DNA of 64,000 bases. Source: a virus (taxonomy: Duplodnaviria; Caudoviricetes). Of the stretch, positions 9,445-19,043 are shown one piece after another (the stretch's first letter is position 1; each line of letters begins with the position of its first letter). The notes under the pieces were generated by a model. That model saw only the letters and a program-made list of their open reading frames with translations. It searched no databases and was not told the origin of the DNA. The DNA is taken from the IMG/VR virus record IMGVR_UViG_2061766007_000009. One strand, given 5' to 3'. The position numbers were made by a program, and so were the translations under genes.

Positions 9445-11385
9445 TTAGTAATAAATAGTTTGCGAACTTTGTTTCTTAATTTCATACAGGTAATTATTAC
9501 GGATTTCTCCTACTTCAAGGGGGCAATTATAGAACCTAAATGCCGTCATATAACCAATAAAACTACCGCCGAAATATTTTTCAAGAGGGTATACTCGGTC
9601 TGGTTCCAGCATATAATTCAACTGAACTGTGTCCGCAAGACCTTGAGTTCCTCCACCCAAAGAGATATTATAGGGGACACCCTCTTGTTTTTCATCCACT
9701 TCATTTAATTTATGAAGATTAATTTTGGGTATGTCGTCTGTAACATACACAAGTTTGCCGTTTACATAGAAATACAGACGCATTTTGTTGTCCAGACCTC
9801 CGTGCACCTTTATATTAACCACGCACCACTCATCTTCACTTATAACACCAGAAAACGACGTTCCAGAGTATATTTGCGTCTTGTCGTCGCCGGAAATTTC
9901 GCAATCTACACCCAAAAAACGGTATCCGATTGACCCATCGTCTAAAATTTGGAAGGCAAGGGCGTTATTGTATATGTCATCGTAAAATACAGCCTCAGAA
10001 TACTCATTTTCGGCACTAGCCTTCAATTCTTCGATGTTTTTCACCGTATAACCAGTACAAGTCCGGTTCATAAGGAGGAAAAGGTTGCCTTTATACTGTT
10101 TTTTCGACCCAACATAGACCGCCTCGGTCCCTTCAACCCAATTTCTTGTCGTATATCCGTTGCAAGTGCGGTCGAAGAGCAAAAATTTGTTGTCAGTCTT
10201 GATATAGTACTGATTTGGGTCTGTCAGCGACAAACCATTGTCTAATTCGTACGAAAAATCGGAAATATCGAGGTCTGGGGCGATATAATCCACGTCATAA
10301 TCAAGACCGTCGAAATCGCTGATGTAACCATCCTCCCCAAAGAGGTCACAACCCCAAATTTCGTCATTTTCGACTGGATTTTTGTCATAAACCCTCTTAT
10401 ATCGCCTTGGACAACCACAAACTTGCATAAATGGTACAAGATGATACGAACCATTTGGATTCAAATGACTATCTGTGCAAGCAGAACGAGGAATTACCGT
10501 CGAAGAACCAAAATTTGGCTCAAAATCAATAAAATCGTCCAAATCATCGGCAACTCTATGGTCAAAATACGACTGGTCTATGTCATTTTCACTTAAATCT
10601 GGGTTTGGGTCGTCAATAAATGCGTCTATCAGATACGTTTCTGGGTTTATTTCGCCACCCTCAACATAATCATCGGGAGAAATAGCAAAACACTCGTCAT
10701 CCGAGTCCTTCTTATACTGATAAATCCATTTATTTTCGGCACGAGTGCCAATATAGAAGAAAATTCCTTTATTTTCCGGATATTTGTCGTTCAAAGTCTT
10801 TGTTGACTCGGGTTCAAGGTCTGATTTTTTAAGAACAAACTCGAATTCCCAGTCATCTGACTCCAATTTGTAAGGGAGAATGGCATATTCATCACAAGAT
10901 GTCATAAAAAACCCTTGATAGAAGCCTCCATTGAGTTTTAATACCCCATTTTTCACCTCTGAAGGGTATTCATACACAAGAGTGTTCCCTGTAACTTGGT
11001 GTAATTGCAGTCTTGTATCCCCAGATGGCACCGAATACGTACTTCCAGTCAAGATTTTAACGAATTCTTCGTTGTTGATGCGGTCTTTTCTGTAAGAAAA
11101 CAGACCATTATCAATACCAGTGTAACCAATATTCGCTTTTGTGAATCCAGTGCTCACAGCATCCTCCCAAGAATAGGAATCCATACTATAAAGCCACTTA
11201 TCGCCAACACACTCCGGCCTTTCCGTATCAATATATGACACGAGGCATCTGTCTTGCAACGCCGCACCAGAAAAATCGTATTCACCAGTATACATTCGGT
11301 CTTTGTTGATGAAAAAATCCCAGTACTCGTCAAGGTTTACCCTCAATTTAAGGTTATGGTAATTGTTGTTAAGTATATTGGACAT
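9445..11385 (-). CDS. Structural protein with concanavalin A/LamG-like beta-sandwich signature
   Basis: W.FEFVLK, IFFYIG, RLYFYVNGKL, FIGYMTAFRFYNCPL motifs; late motif upstream. Confidence 0.55.
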   Translation of the reverse strand: MSNILNNNYHNLKLRVNLDEYWDFFINKDRMYTGEYDFSGAALQDRCLVSYIDTERPECVGDKWLYSMDSYSWEDAVSTGFTKANIGYTGIDNGLFSYRKDRINNEEFVKILTGSTYSVPSGDTRLQLHQVTGNTLVYEYPSEVKNGVLKLNGGFYQGFFMTSCDEYAILPYKLESDDWEFEFVLKKSDLEPESTKTLNDKYPENKGIFFYIGTRAENKWIYQYKKDSDDECFAISPDDYVEGGEINPETYLIDAFIDDPNPDLSENDIDQSYFDHRVADDLDDFIDFEPNFGSSTVIPRSACTDSHLNPNGSYHLVPFMQVCGCPRRYKRVYDKNPVENDEIWGCDLFGEDGYISDFDGLDYDVDYIAPDLDISDFSYELDNGLSLTDPNQYYIKTDNKFLLFDRTCNGYTTRNWVEGTEAVYVGSKKQYKGNLFLLMNRTCTGYTVKNIEELKASAENEYSEAVFYDDIYNNALAFQILDDGSIGYRFLGVDCEISGDDKTQIYSGTSFSGVISEDEWCVVNIKVHGGLDNKMRLYFYVNGKLVYVTDDIPKINLHKLNEVDEKQEGVPYNISLGGGTQGLADTVQLNYMLEPDRVYPLEKYFGGSFIGYMTAFRFYNCPLEVGEIRNNYLYEIKKQSSQTIYY

Positions 11386-11408
11386 ATTATGAATGCGTTT
11401 TTACACCT

Positions 11409-11422
11409 AATAAATATTTATT
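11409..11422. promoter_or_regulatory. Palindromic bidirectional late promoter AATAAATATTTATT
   Basis: Perfect palindrome holding TATTTAT on both strands, between divergent starts at 11385(-) and 11440(+). Confidence 0.7.
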
Positions 11423-11439
11423 GGAAAACAAATTAAATA

Positions 11440-11673
11440 ATGAAAACCATAATACTCACAGAATCACAGTTTGAGCGTTTGTGCGAGTCCGAAGCCGTTG
11501 AGTTCCTTGGTGGTGATACAAAAGAATTTAACCCCAGCGAGGTAAGCACAACCACAATCGTCACCAATCAAGATGGCGACGAGGAGTATGGGGACGACGT
11601 TTTCACTGATGATATTAGCAAATTCCTTACACACCAAGTATTTGGCAGTTGCGACGGTTTTTGCAGAAGATAA
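11440..11673 (+). CDS. Small putative head-internal protein
   Basis: N-terminus MKTIILTESQFERLCES. Confidence 0.65.
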   Translation: MKTIILTESQFERLCESEAVEFLGGDTKEFNPSEVSTTTIVTNQDGDEEYGDDVFTDDISKFLTHQVFGSCDGFCRR

Positions 11674-11685
11674 AAACAAGTTATT

Positions 11686-12189
11686 ATGCCACTGGTTATA
11701 TCTGAAGATAAAACATTAAACAAGAAACGGTTTCATCTGGGGGCACCTCTCAAGAAACACCTAAAAGACACTCTCGGAAAGTACCACGAGTACAGTTCCG
11801 AGAAGGGTTACAAGCGTCTCAACGCCTTGTTGTTTCCAGAGTACAATAAACGCTCAGAAGGAGACGACGGTGAGTCAATTTCATTTGGCGATGCAAAGAA
11901 AATACAAGCCGATATGAAAAAAATGAACCGTAGAAGTCTTGAATACGCCCTTAATGGCGGCGACAAGATGAAACGAGCCGTTGATGGGTTTATGTCAACA
12001 GTCAGAAACATCAACAAGGAAATTCAACCAGTAAAACCAGTAAAACCAAATGCGAAACAGTTGAAACCGCAGGGTGCTAATGACAATTCGCTTGAAGTGA
12101 ACAAGGATGGTCTCACCGTCCACGAGAATAAAATAAGAATAACGGAGTCACAATTGATTCGTTTAAAAAAACGATTCAAGTATTTATAA
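11686..12189 (+). CDS. Hypothetical basic protein, putative head-internal
   Basis: C-terminal KIRITESQLIRLKK resembles the N-terminus of 11440. Confidence 0.65.
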   Translation: MPLVISEDKTLNKKRFHLGAPLKKHLKDTLGKYHEYSSEKGYKRLNALLFPEYNKRSEGDDGESISFGDAKKIQADMKKMNRRSLEYALNGGDKMKRAVDGFMSTVRNINKEIQPVKPVKPNAKQLKPQGANDNSLEVNKDGLTVHENKIRITESQLIRLKKRFKYL

Positions 12190-12221
12190 TATAATAAATG
12201 TGATTAAAATTTATATAAGAT

Positions 12222-12623
12222 ATGGCAGAACAAAGCACAATTATTGATGGCCAAACCTGTCTTGAGCAGAGAGGTATGGAAGAACGTCACGTTGAGATTG
12301 CTAGAAGTGATTACAACATTGAGGACCAATACTCAGCAGCACACAAAGACGCGATGAGTGATGGCGACCCACAAGGTAAGGGCACCGGACACGGAGGTCA
12401 CACTGCTTTCCTCCCAGACTGTACCAAACCAGTTGGTCAAATCAACTACAGCAATTTTGATACCGCAAAAGGTGGTGGGTATTATGACATCAACGGTCGC
12501 AACGATATTGGTGGACGCTTGAAATCAATGGCCGCTTCGCTTTACAACGAGAACAACCAGTATGGTCTTGATTTGATTAACACCGAAGCAAACATAGCAG
12601 ACGGACAGACATTTGTATCATAA
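12222..12623 (+). CDS. Hypothetical late protein
   Basis: Clean ORF after TATTTAT at 12181; stop overlaps next start (TAATG). Confidence 0.65.
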   Translation: MAEQSTIIDGQTCLEQRGMEERHVEIARSDYNIEDQYSAAHKDAMSDGDPQGKGTGHGGHTAFLPDCTKPVGQINYSNFDTAKGGGYYDINGRNDIGGRLKSMAASLYNENNQYGLDLINTEANIADGQTFVS

Positions 12624-13609
12624 TGAGAAGGGCGTCTGACATATTCAAGAGACTGCTTCGAGAGTCAATGTACACCTATGGGAGTCCAGACCCCCAAACG
12701 GTGGCAGACGCTATTGCCAACAAGAACTATGTCCGAATCAGATATGATGACGAGGACTATGGTTCACGAATTGGCACAAAGAAGAATTCTCGTCTTATTA
12801 TGCCCGTTGCACTTGGCACCTCAAAGGCTGGGAATCCAGTCCTAAGAGCATTCCAGATAAACGGAGGCACAAGAAGAGGCATACCAAAGTGGAAACTTTT
12901 CAGACTTGATAGAATCAAGAACTGGGCAACAATGACCAATAAGCAGTTCCACCAGACACCAGATGAACTTGGATTTGACAATGCATTCCCCTTCAACAAA
13001 TATGGAGATAAAAGTATGAGAGGCGTTAACAAAATTGCCGATTTCTCGGATATAGACAATATGTCTCCGCTTGAAAGAGTACGTATGTTTGGTATGGATA
13101 GACTCAACGGTCCAGCCATTACCGCAAGAGGGCTTGACTCAATCCCAGACATGAGACAAAGAAGAAGAATGTCAGCATCTGGAATGTCAAGGGATGACAT
13201 TATGAGAAACATAGAAATATCCAAAGGCGAAGAGAGTGCGTTCGACGTTTGGGATAAGGCAGCCGCTGAAGCATCTAACGACAACAGCGGAGCAAGAGAC
13301 ACCGAGATGGTCAGGCGTCTTGGTCGTAGTGACAATACCAGAGGGTCTATCGGCGGTGAAGACTTTGAGGACCACAACGCCGATGAAAACGAATACTCTA
13401 AATTCTTCAACGGCGAAGAGTTGTCAGACGAGGAAGTGGAGGCTCGCACCAAAGTCAACGATTTTGGTGATGAATACTACGAAGATGAAGTCCCAGACGA
13501 GATGTCAGGCGACAACGACATATCAAACAACAATGATATGCCAAACGATAACGACTTTGATGAAGATGATTTTTTCGCCAAAGACGAAGATGGAGATAAT
13601 TTTAAATAA
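12623..13609 (+). CDS. WYL-domain protein with acidic C-terminal tail
   Basis: AIANKNYVRIRY..RLIMPVALG..LRAFQ..WKLFRLDRIKNW matches the WYL pattern; no HTH seen. Confidence 0.8.
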   Translation: MRRASDIFKRLLRESMYTYGSPDPQTVADAIANKNYVRIRYDDEDYGSRIGTKKNSRLIMPVALGTSKAGNPVLRAFQINGGTRRGIPKWKLFRLDRIKNWATMTNKQFHQTPDELGFDNAFPFNKYGDKSMRGVNKIADFSDIDNMSPLERVRMFGMDRLNGPAITARGLDSIPDMRQRRRMSASGMSRDDIMRNIEISKGEESAFDVWDKAAAEASNDNSGARDTEMVRRLGRSDNTRGSIGGEDFEDHNADENEYSKFFNGEELSDEEVEARTKVNDFGDEYYEDEVPDEMSGDNDISNNNDMPNDNDFDEDDFFAKDEDGDNFK

Positions 13610-13627
13610 AAAAAAATAGTTACGACA

Positions 13628-14290
13628 ATGAATGATGCAGATTCTAGAAGAAGGAGCGTTGAGACAAATATGAACGCCGCAAAACGATTGATACAAATGG
13701 ATGCCAATGGTATGATTGACAAGGTGGCAAAGAGTGCGAAGAATAGTGGAAAAATGACATACGACGAAGAAGGTTTCGTCGTTTCCAATGTATCAGAATC
13801 GTCACAACCAGTGCAACAATATGCACCGCAACAAGAGCAATTACCAATGGCAAGTGTGGCGAGACAGAACGTTCAATCCAGAATTCCGTCTGTCATACTT
13901 GAATCAATGACAAACAATCCGATAGACACATCAATACTTAACGGAGGAATGGGCGGAAACGGTTCAATCCTTGACCAGATGAATGTAACCGATATAATTC
14001 AAGAGAATTCTGGTAGACTAATGGGAACAGAACCCCAACCATCTAAAACACAGTTACGAGAAGTCGGCAATGAGCCTATGGGAGGTGTAGACTATGAGCG
14101 AATCAATCAAATGATTGAGGAAAACGTTAGAAAATACACCAAGAGTCTTTATAAGAGTCTCCTTAAAGAAGAAAAATCAAAAGGACTCAATATTAAAGCA
14201 TTGAGACTGGGTGATACCTTTTCATTCATCACAGAGAATGGAGACTTGTACGAGGCGACCCTCACGTTTAAAAGAAATATTACAAAATGA
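13628..14290 (+). CDS. Hypothetical protein, putative head-associated
   Basis: Clean ORF with several (I/L)xE sites; followed by terminator. Confidence 0.65.
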   Translation: MNDADSRRRSVETNMNAAKRLIQMDANGMIDKVAKSAKNSGKMTYDEEGFVVSNVSESSQPVQQYAPQQEQLPMASVARQNVQSRIPSVILESMTNNPIDTSILNGGMGGNGSILDQMNVTDIIQENSGRLMGTEPQPSKTQLREVGNEPMGGVDYERINQMIEENVRKYTKSLYKSLLKEEKSKGLNIKALRLGDTFSFITENGDLYEATLTFKRNITK

Positions 14291-14302
14291 AGTAAATCAC
14301 AC

Positions 14303-14330
14303 AAAAAGGCATCAGAAATGATGCTTTTTT
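14303..14330 (+). terminator. Intrinsic terminator
   Basis: AAAAAGGCATCA-gaaa-TGATGCTTTTTT. Confidence 0.75.
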
Positions 14331-14341
14331 CTTTTTATCTA

Positions 14342-14369
14342 TTCACATACTTGCAATGCATTTTATCTT
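14342..14369 (+). promoter_or_regulatory. Putative middle-class promoter TTCACA-N16-TATCTT
   Basis: Same geometry as 16905-16932 and 51737-51764. Confidence 0.5.
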
Positions 14370-14390
14370 TTTGAAAAAGATTAATCAATA

Positions 14391-15617
14391 ATGGACAAAA
14401 AAATAAAGATGCTTGTCGTCCCGTCAGACAAGACGGGCGTCGGCAAATTTCGTTCAGTTGCACCCCACGTGTACCTGCAAGAGCATTATGGGGACCTGTT
14501 TGACATCGACATCAAGTACGAGATACCAACGGATGACCTCGAAGGATTTTTGAGACAGTATGACCTTATCCACATCCACAAGCAACTCGATAAAGAGGGA
14601 ACTGTTATGGATATGATTAAATTCCTTGACATCAAGGTCATCATCGACGTTGACGACTGCCCAGACCTTGGGGAATACCACCCAATGTCGCTTTCAGCCA
14701 AGAAAGAAAACTGGAAGGGACCAATTCTTGACCACATTAGAAAGGCTGATTACGTCACAACCACAACACCCATTTTCGCCAAATGGTTGAAAAAGTACAA
14801 TAAGAATGTGATTGTCTTACCAAACGCAATTGACCCAGAAGAGAAGCAATATCAACCGCACAAGAACCCAAGCAAACGAATCAGATTCGGTTTGATTTGT
14901 GGTTCATCACACTTCCACGACATTGCATTGTTGAAAGACATCTCAAAACAAGTTTCGCAAGAGGTACTTGACAAGATTCAATTGGTCCTTTGTGGGTTTG
15001 ACACCAATGGAACCAGAACAATCTATTATTACGACACCGGACAAGTTGAACGTAGACCTATCGAACCACATGAAAGCGTGTGGGCACGATACGAAGAAAT
15101 CCTTACAGACAACTATAGGATTGTATCCCCAGAACACAAGGCATTTCTCGAATCATACGCAAAGGGGGTAGACGACCCCTTCGAGGACGAACCATACAGA
15201 AGGTTCTGGACAAGGGACATTAATGAATATGCCAGTCATTACGACAATGTGGATGTAATTCTTGCTCCACTAAAGGAGTGTGAATTCAATGAAATGAAAT
15301 CTCAACTGAAGGTAATTGAGGCTGGTTTTATGGATACGGCAATTGTCGCACAAGATTTCGGTGCCTATACAATTGACATTAAGTCAATCTTTGGAAAAGG
15401 TGGGGCTATTAACCCAGATGGCAACGGAGTCTTAATCGATTCATCTAAAAACCATAAGCAGTGGGGAAAGGTGATTACACGACTTGCCAACAATCCAGAA
15501 TTGATTGAAATGATGAAGAAAAACCTTCACGAGACTGTTAAAGATACATACAGCGCAGAGGCTGTTGCCAAGCAGAGGGTTGAAGCCTATCTCAAAATTT
15601 TAAATATTGAACGGTAA
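14391..15617 (+). CDS. GT-B (GT4-like) glycosyltransferase
   Basis: G.GKFR..P, IIDVDD, ADYVTTTTP, VLPNAID, DVILAPL..FNEMKSQLKVIEAG. Confidence 0.85.
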   Translation: MDKKIKMLVVPSDKTGVGKFRSVAPHVYLQEHYGDLFDIDIKYEIPTDDLEGFLRQYDLIHIHKQLDKEGTVMDMIKFLDIKVIIDVDDCPDLGEYHPMSLSAKKENWKGPILDHIRKADYVTTTTPIFAKWLKKYNKNVIVLPNAIDPEEKQYQPHKNPSKRIRFGLICGSSHFHDIALLKDISKQVSQEVLDKIQLVLCGFDTNGTRTIYYYDTGQVERRPIEPHESVWARYEEILTDNYRIVSPEHKAFLESYAKGVDDPFEDEPYRRFWTRDINEYASHYDNVDVILAPLKECEFNEMKSQLKVIEAGFMDTAIVAQDFGAYTIDIKSIFGKGGAINPDGNGVLIDSSKNHKQWGKVITRLANNPELIEMMKKNLHETVKDTYSAEAVAKQRVEAYLKILNIER

Positions 15618-15633
15618 TTGTGTTATTTTGTTT

Positions 15634-15664
15634 TAAAGGGGAGGTTCAAACAATCTCCCCTTTG
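15634..15664 (+). terminator. Intrinsic terminator
   Basis: AAAGGGGAG...CTCCCCTTT hairpin. Confidence 0.7.
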
Positions 15665-15688
15665 ATTATGTTTTTTTAACACAATTTT

Positions 15689-15720
15689 CTTGATTGTTTT
15701 AATACATTGGTGTAATTTTG
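15689..15720 (+). promoter_or_regulatory. Bacteroidota sigma-A type promoter (TTG-N20-TAATTTTG)
   Basis: Matches the Bacteroidota -33 TTTG / -7 TAnnTTTG consensus. Confidence 0.65.
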
Positions 15721-15754
15721 CCAATGAATTTAAAACACATCAAATTTTAAAATT

Positions 15755-16360
15755 ATGACAGAAAACGAAAAACAAAGAAATTACAATGCCTACATTAAAG
15801 CATTTGCAAAATGTGGAGTCGATGCGTCCAAGTTGCTTGAGGTTTATGGTGAACAACTGAAAAACGCCACGATGTCTGCGAGGGCGGACAGCGGAGTCGC
15901 ATTCGATGGGTCTCTAATAAACTGCGTGTTGAACTATCTTACCCCTATCGCTTGCCAGATAGCAGATATGGGTAAACGAGCAAAGAACACAGAAGGGGAG
16001 GTTATTACCATTCCGTTCTTCCAAGGAATTGACAAGAACTCAATCATTAAAGTATGCTTGCTTCAGCACGTATCGAAAATACTCCAACTGGAACCCAATG
16101 ATGTTCAATGGGAGATTGAGAAGCGAGGCATCCTTTACAAATACAAGGACACCAACTCGATGAAAACCGGTCTGCGTTCAATGTGGATGGCAACGCAATG
16201 TGGAATTTCGTTCACAGAGGATGAAGCCGAAGCAATCTGTGTCATTGACAATAAACTTGAGGACGAAAGCGTTCGCTATCACGCCAGCACACTTGCCACC
16301 ATTATAATGAAGGCAAACGAATTAATGTATACCTCTTTTAAAAACGATATGAAACAATAG
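15755..16360 (+). CDS. HD-like protein with divergent metal motif
   Basis: AFDGSLI..SIIKVCLLQHVSKI..GLRS..GISFTEDEAEAI..LATII.KANE pattern typical of phage HD proteins; HD itself replaced by QH. Confidence 0.55.
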   Translation: MTENEKQRNYNAYIKAFAKCGVDASKLLEVYGEQLKNATMSARADSGVAFDGSLINCVLNYLTPIACQIADMGKRAKNTEGEVITIPFFQGIDKNSIIKVCLLQHVSKILQLEPNDVQWEIEKRGILYKYKDTNSMKTGLRSMWMATQCGISFTEDEAEAICVIDNKLEDESVRYHASTLATIIMKANELMYTSFKNDMKQ

Positions 16361-16363
16361 AAT

Positions 16364-16828
16364 ATGGAACCAATTTATGTAAAAATAATGAACAAGGGTC
16401 CACACCCATTTCCGAAGTACAGCACTGAACACAGCGCTGGAATGGATTTGAGAGCCTGGATAAAAAATGACGATTATCGCTATGACAAAGAAGTCGTACT
16501 CTATCCATTGGAACGAGCAATGATTCATACTGGAATTTATATTGCACTACCAGAGGGTTATGAATGCCAGATACGGCCACGAAGCGGAATGGCACTCAAG
16601 AGAGGGTTAACCGTACTCAACACCCCGGGAACGATAGATGCAGATTATCGTGGTGAAATATGCGTCATCGTTGTAAATCTCAGCAACGAGGTACAAAAAA
16701 TTGAGGACGGAGAAAGAATTTGCCAAATGGTGGTTTCCAAGCACGAAACTGTGTCTTGGATTCCCTCCGAAACTCTTGATGAAACTGATAGGGGTGAAGG
16801 TGGATTTGGTCATACCGGAAACAAATAA
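16364..16828 (+). CDS. dut: Trimeric dUTPase
   Basis: All five motifs: [37 protein letters not shown]. Confidence 0.97.
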   Translation: MEPIYVKIMNKGPHPFPKYSTEHSAGMDLRAWIKNDDYRYDKEVVLYPLERAMIHTGIYIALPEGYECQIRPRSGMALKRGLTVLNTPGTIDADYRGEICVIVVNLSNEVQKIEDGERICQMVVSKHETVSWIPSETLDETDRGEGGFGHTGNK

Positions 16829-16861
16829 GGATTTTTTTCATAGATTTAATTGGTTTTTGGT

Positions 16862-16897
16862 GCGGTTGGTTTCTATTGAAATCAGCCGCTTTTTTGC
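16862..16897 (+). terminator. Intrinsic terminator
   Basis: GCGGTTGGTTTC-tatt-GAAATCAGCCGC followed by TTTTTT. Confidence 0.75.
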
Positions 16898-16904
16898 TTA
16901 ACAC

Positions 16905-16932
16905 TTGACGTTTCGGCACCTTGCTTTATTTT
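16905..16932 (+). promoter_or_regulatory. Putative middle-class promoter TTGACG-N16-TATTTT
   Basis: Same geometry as 14342 and 51764 sites. Confidence 0.5.
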
Positions 16933-16952
16933 TTAAGAAAAAGAATAATAAG

Positions 16953-17726
16953 ATGAGCAAGAACGAAAACGAGACTAAAGAATTGCCGAAACTTTCCGTT
17001 GTTTTCGCAACAAGAGAGCAAAACGAGAAAACCGAGAAATATATCGAGCACATACAGAAGACCGCTGGTTGCCAAGTTAATGTATTTGTACTTGTAAATC
17101 CCAACGGTGTCGCATTGACCCAGATTTATGGCTCCGTTTTAGGTAATGAGGGGCTCCCTTCAGACGTTGTTGTGTTTATGCACGACGATATCGAGTTTTT
17201 AAGAAGTGGTTGGGCGACCGAGTTGTTGAGACTTTTTGAGGAAAACAAAGAGTATGGCATTATTGGTGTTGCTGGTTCCGCACAATTTGATGAAAACGGT
17301 GCGTGGTGGCAATATGAGAAGAAGTATGGCCAGGTCCTTCACAGAAAAGACGGGAAGAGTTGGTTGACAACATTCTCCCCCTTGTTGGATAAAGACCTTC
17401 AAGAGGTATGCGTTGTTGACGGATTGTTTGTTGCCATTCACCAGAAAAGGATTATTGAGACATTTGATGAAAAAATCACTGGTTTCAACTTCTATGAGAT
17501 TGACTTCTGTTTGGCAAACTACCTAACCAAGAAATGTAAGGTTGGAGTAACAACCAATATTAGGCTTGCACACAACTCTGTTGGAGAGTTAAAGCCAGAA
17601 TGGTACACAAACCGTGACTACATCAACCAGAAGTATGGGGACAAGTTCCCTATTGATGTTGAAGCCCAGAATGCGAAGAGAAATAACAGAAGAACAAATA
17701 AAAAAGGAAAAGGGAAGAAGAAATGA
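16953..17726 (+). CDS. GT-A fold glycosyltransferase-like protein
   Basis: VVFMHDDIEF (DxD-like), GIIGVAG, VDGLF, FDE..GFNFYEIDFCL; ATG at 16953 preferred over TTG at 16905. Confidence 0.8.
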   Translation: MSKNENETKELPKLSVVFATREQNEKTEKYIEHIQKTAGCQVNVFVLVNPNGVALTQIYGSVLGNEGLPSDVVVFMHDDIEFLRSGWATELLRLFEENKEYGIIGVAGSAQFDENGAWWQYEKKYGQVLHRKDGKSWLTTFSPLLDKDLQEVCVVDGLFVAIHQKRIIETFDEKITGFNFYEIDFCLANYLTKKCKVGVTTNIRLAHNSVGELKPEWYTNRDYINQKYGDKFPIDVEAQNAKRNNRRTNKKGKGKKK

Positions 17727-17992
17727 AACTATCAGATATGGAACTCGGCAAATTGATGGAGTTGAGAAATGCTCTTGATGACATCTGTGAGAGGTTCGCT
17801 GTCACGCTTACCGACTATAGGACTATGAGTGGGGATATTGAACTCAAAGATATGAACCCATACCAAAGGTCATTATACGCAAAGCGAATTATGTATATCC
17901 ACTTCAGAGAGAATGTCAATGCGGCGATTGAAAACAAAGTGGACGAGGTTATAGCAAGCGTTGAGAATGAAAAATCTGATTCGAAAAATTAA
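17723..17992 (+). CDS. Hypothetical protein
   Basis: ATGA overlap with upstream gene; operon context. Confidence 0.6.
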   Translation: MKLSDMELGKLMELRNALDDICERFAVTLTDYRTMSGDIELKDMNPYQRSLYAKRIMYIHFRENVNAAIENKVDEVIASVENEKSDSKN

Positions 17993-19043
17993 ATCACTGT
18001 GGCACGGTCTGTTTTACGGAATGAAGGTTGCGGACGATACGCTGCTTGCACCAGCCTCAAACGACCTTGGCAACGTCATAATACAGAAGGAAGTTGCCGA
18101 TGAGCGTGTGGGTGAACACCTTATGAAGGGAGAAGTCACCCAAGCGGTCGAGGAGTTGAGGTACAGAACGTATACGGTTGAGAGAGAATCCAAGAATTAC
18201 ACCTATGTGGGCGACGGCCAGGCTGTCAAAAACAAAGGCGTAGACCTCAAGAACAGACGGAGGATTCGTTTCTCGCAGAACTGTGGACGAGTCACCAACA
18301 GCGTCCTTGAAGGAATGGAGGCTCTCGACAACTCCACAAGCGAAATCAACCAGTATGTTCTCAATTTTGAATATACCGACATTCCAAGATTTAAACTTGA
18401 GACTTTCGCCACAGTCATAGATGTTGATGTAACTCTTGGGCAATACGGAGTCAAAAAGACAATACTACATTTCGAACTTCAACCAGACCATTACGACGTG
18501 ACATCCAAACCATTCACTTTGGCGTTAAAAAAGATGGATACAGAAAATCCAGACGAGAAGAAACACGAGTTACAGGCTTCTGACTGGTATGGGCGAATTT
18601 CGGCACTCTCTTTTATAACATATAAAGCGTCAAATTTGGAACCAGACTATATGTCATACTCCTTTGCCAATGGCGAGATTACTGACGTGAGGTTCACCAA
18701 ATTGGAGTGTGAAATGGAAATCCAATGGAAAGACGTGGAAATCATAAATCTGACTGAGAAATTCTACTCCGCAGAAATGGCCCAGAAATACGAGAGTAAT
18801 GCACCAAAGTTCACCCAACAAGTGTACGAGATAGAAGAAACCGCAAAATGTGCCGACTGTGGAAAGGAAATCTCCAAAAACGAGGCGGGTATTATGCAAT
18901 ATGAAATAGGGCGTCCATTGTGTATTGATTGTTATCAGAAGTTTCTCGAAGAATCAGCCAATACCATCAACATCGAAGAAACTTTAAAGAAATTACAAGC
19001 AGTTGAAAATATTATAAAACCATATGGTACGAATAGGAATTGA
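17967..19043 (+). CDS. Hypothetical protein with C-terminal zinc ribbon
   Basis: CADC..CIDC near the C-terminus; start taken as ATG at 17967. Confidence 0.65.
   Translation: MKNLIRKIKSLWHGLFYGMKVADDTLLAPASNDLGNVIIQKEVADERVGEHLMKGEVTQAVEELRYRTYTVERESKNYTYVGDGQAVKNKGVDLKNRRRIRFSQNCGRVTNSVLEGMEALDNSTSEINQYVLNFEYTDIPRFKLETFATVIDVDVTLGQYGVKKTILHFELQPDHYDVTSKPFTLALKKMDTENPDEKKHELQASDWYGRISALSFITYKASNLEPDYMSYSFANGEITDVRFTKLECEMEIQWKDVEIINLTEKFYSAEMAQKYESNAPKFTQQVYEIEETAKCADCGKEISKNEAGIMQYEIGRPLCIDCYQKFLEESANTINIEETLKKLQAVENIIKPYGTNRN

Noticed and set aside
13601-13630. A-run after the WYL gene stop as a second frameshift site
   Set aside because: The run follows the stop codon, no hairpin is evident and the next gene has its own ATG
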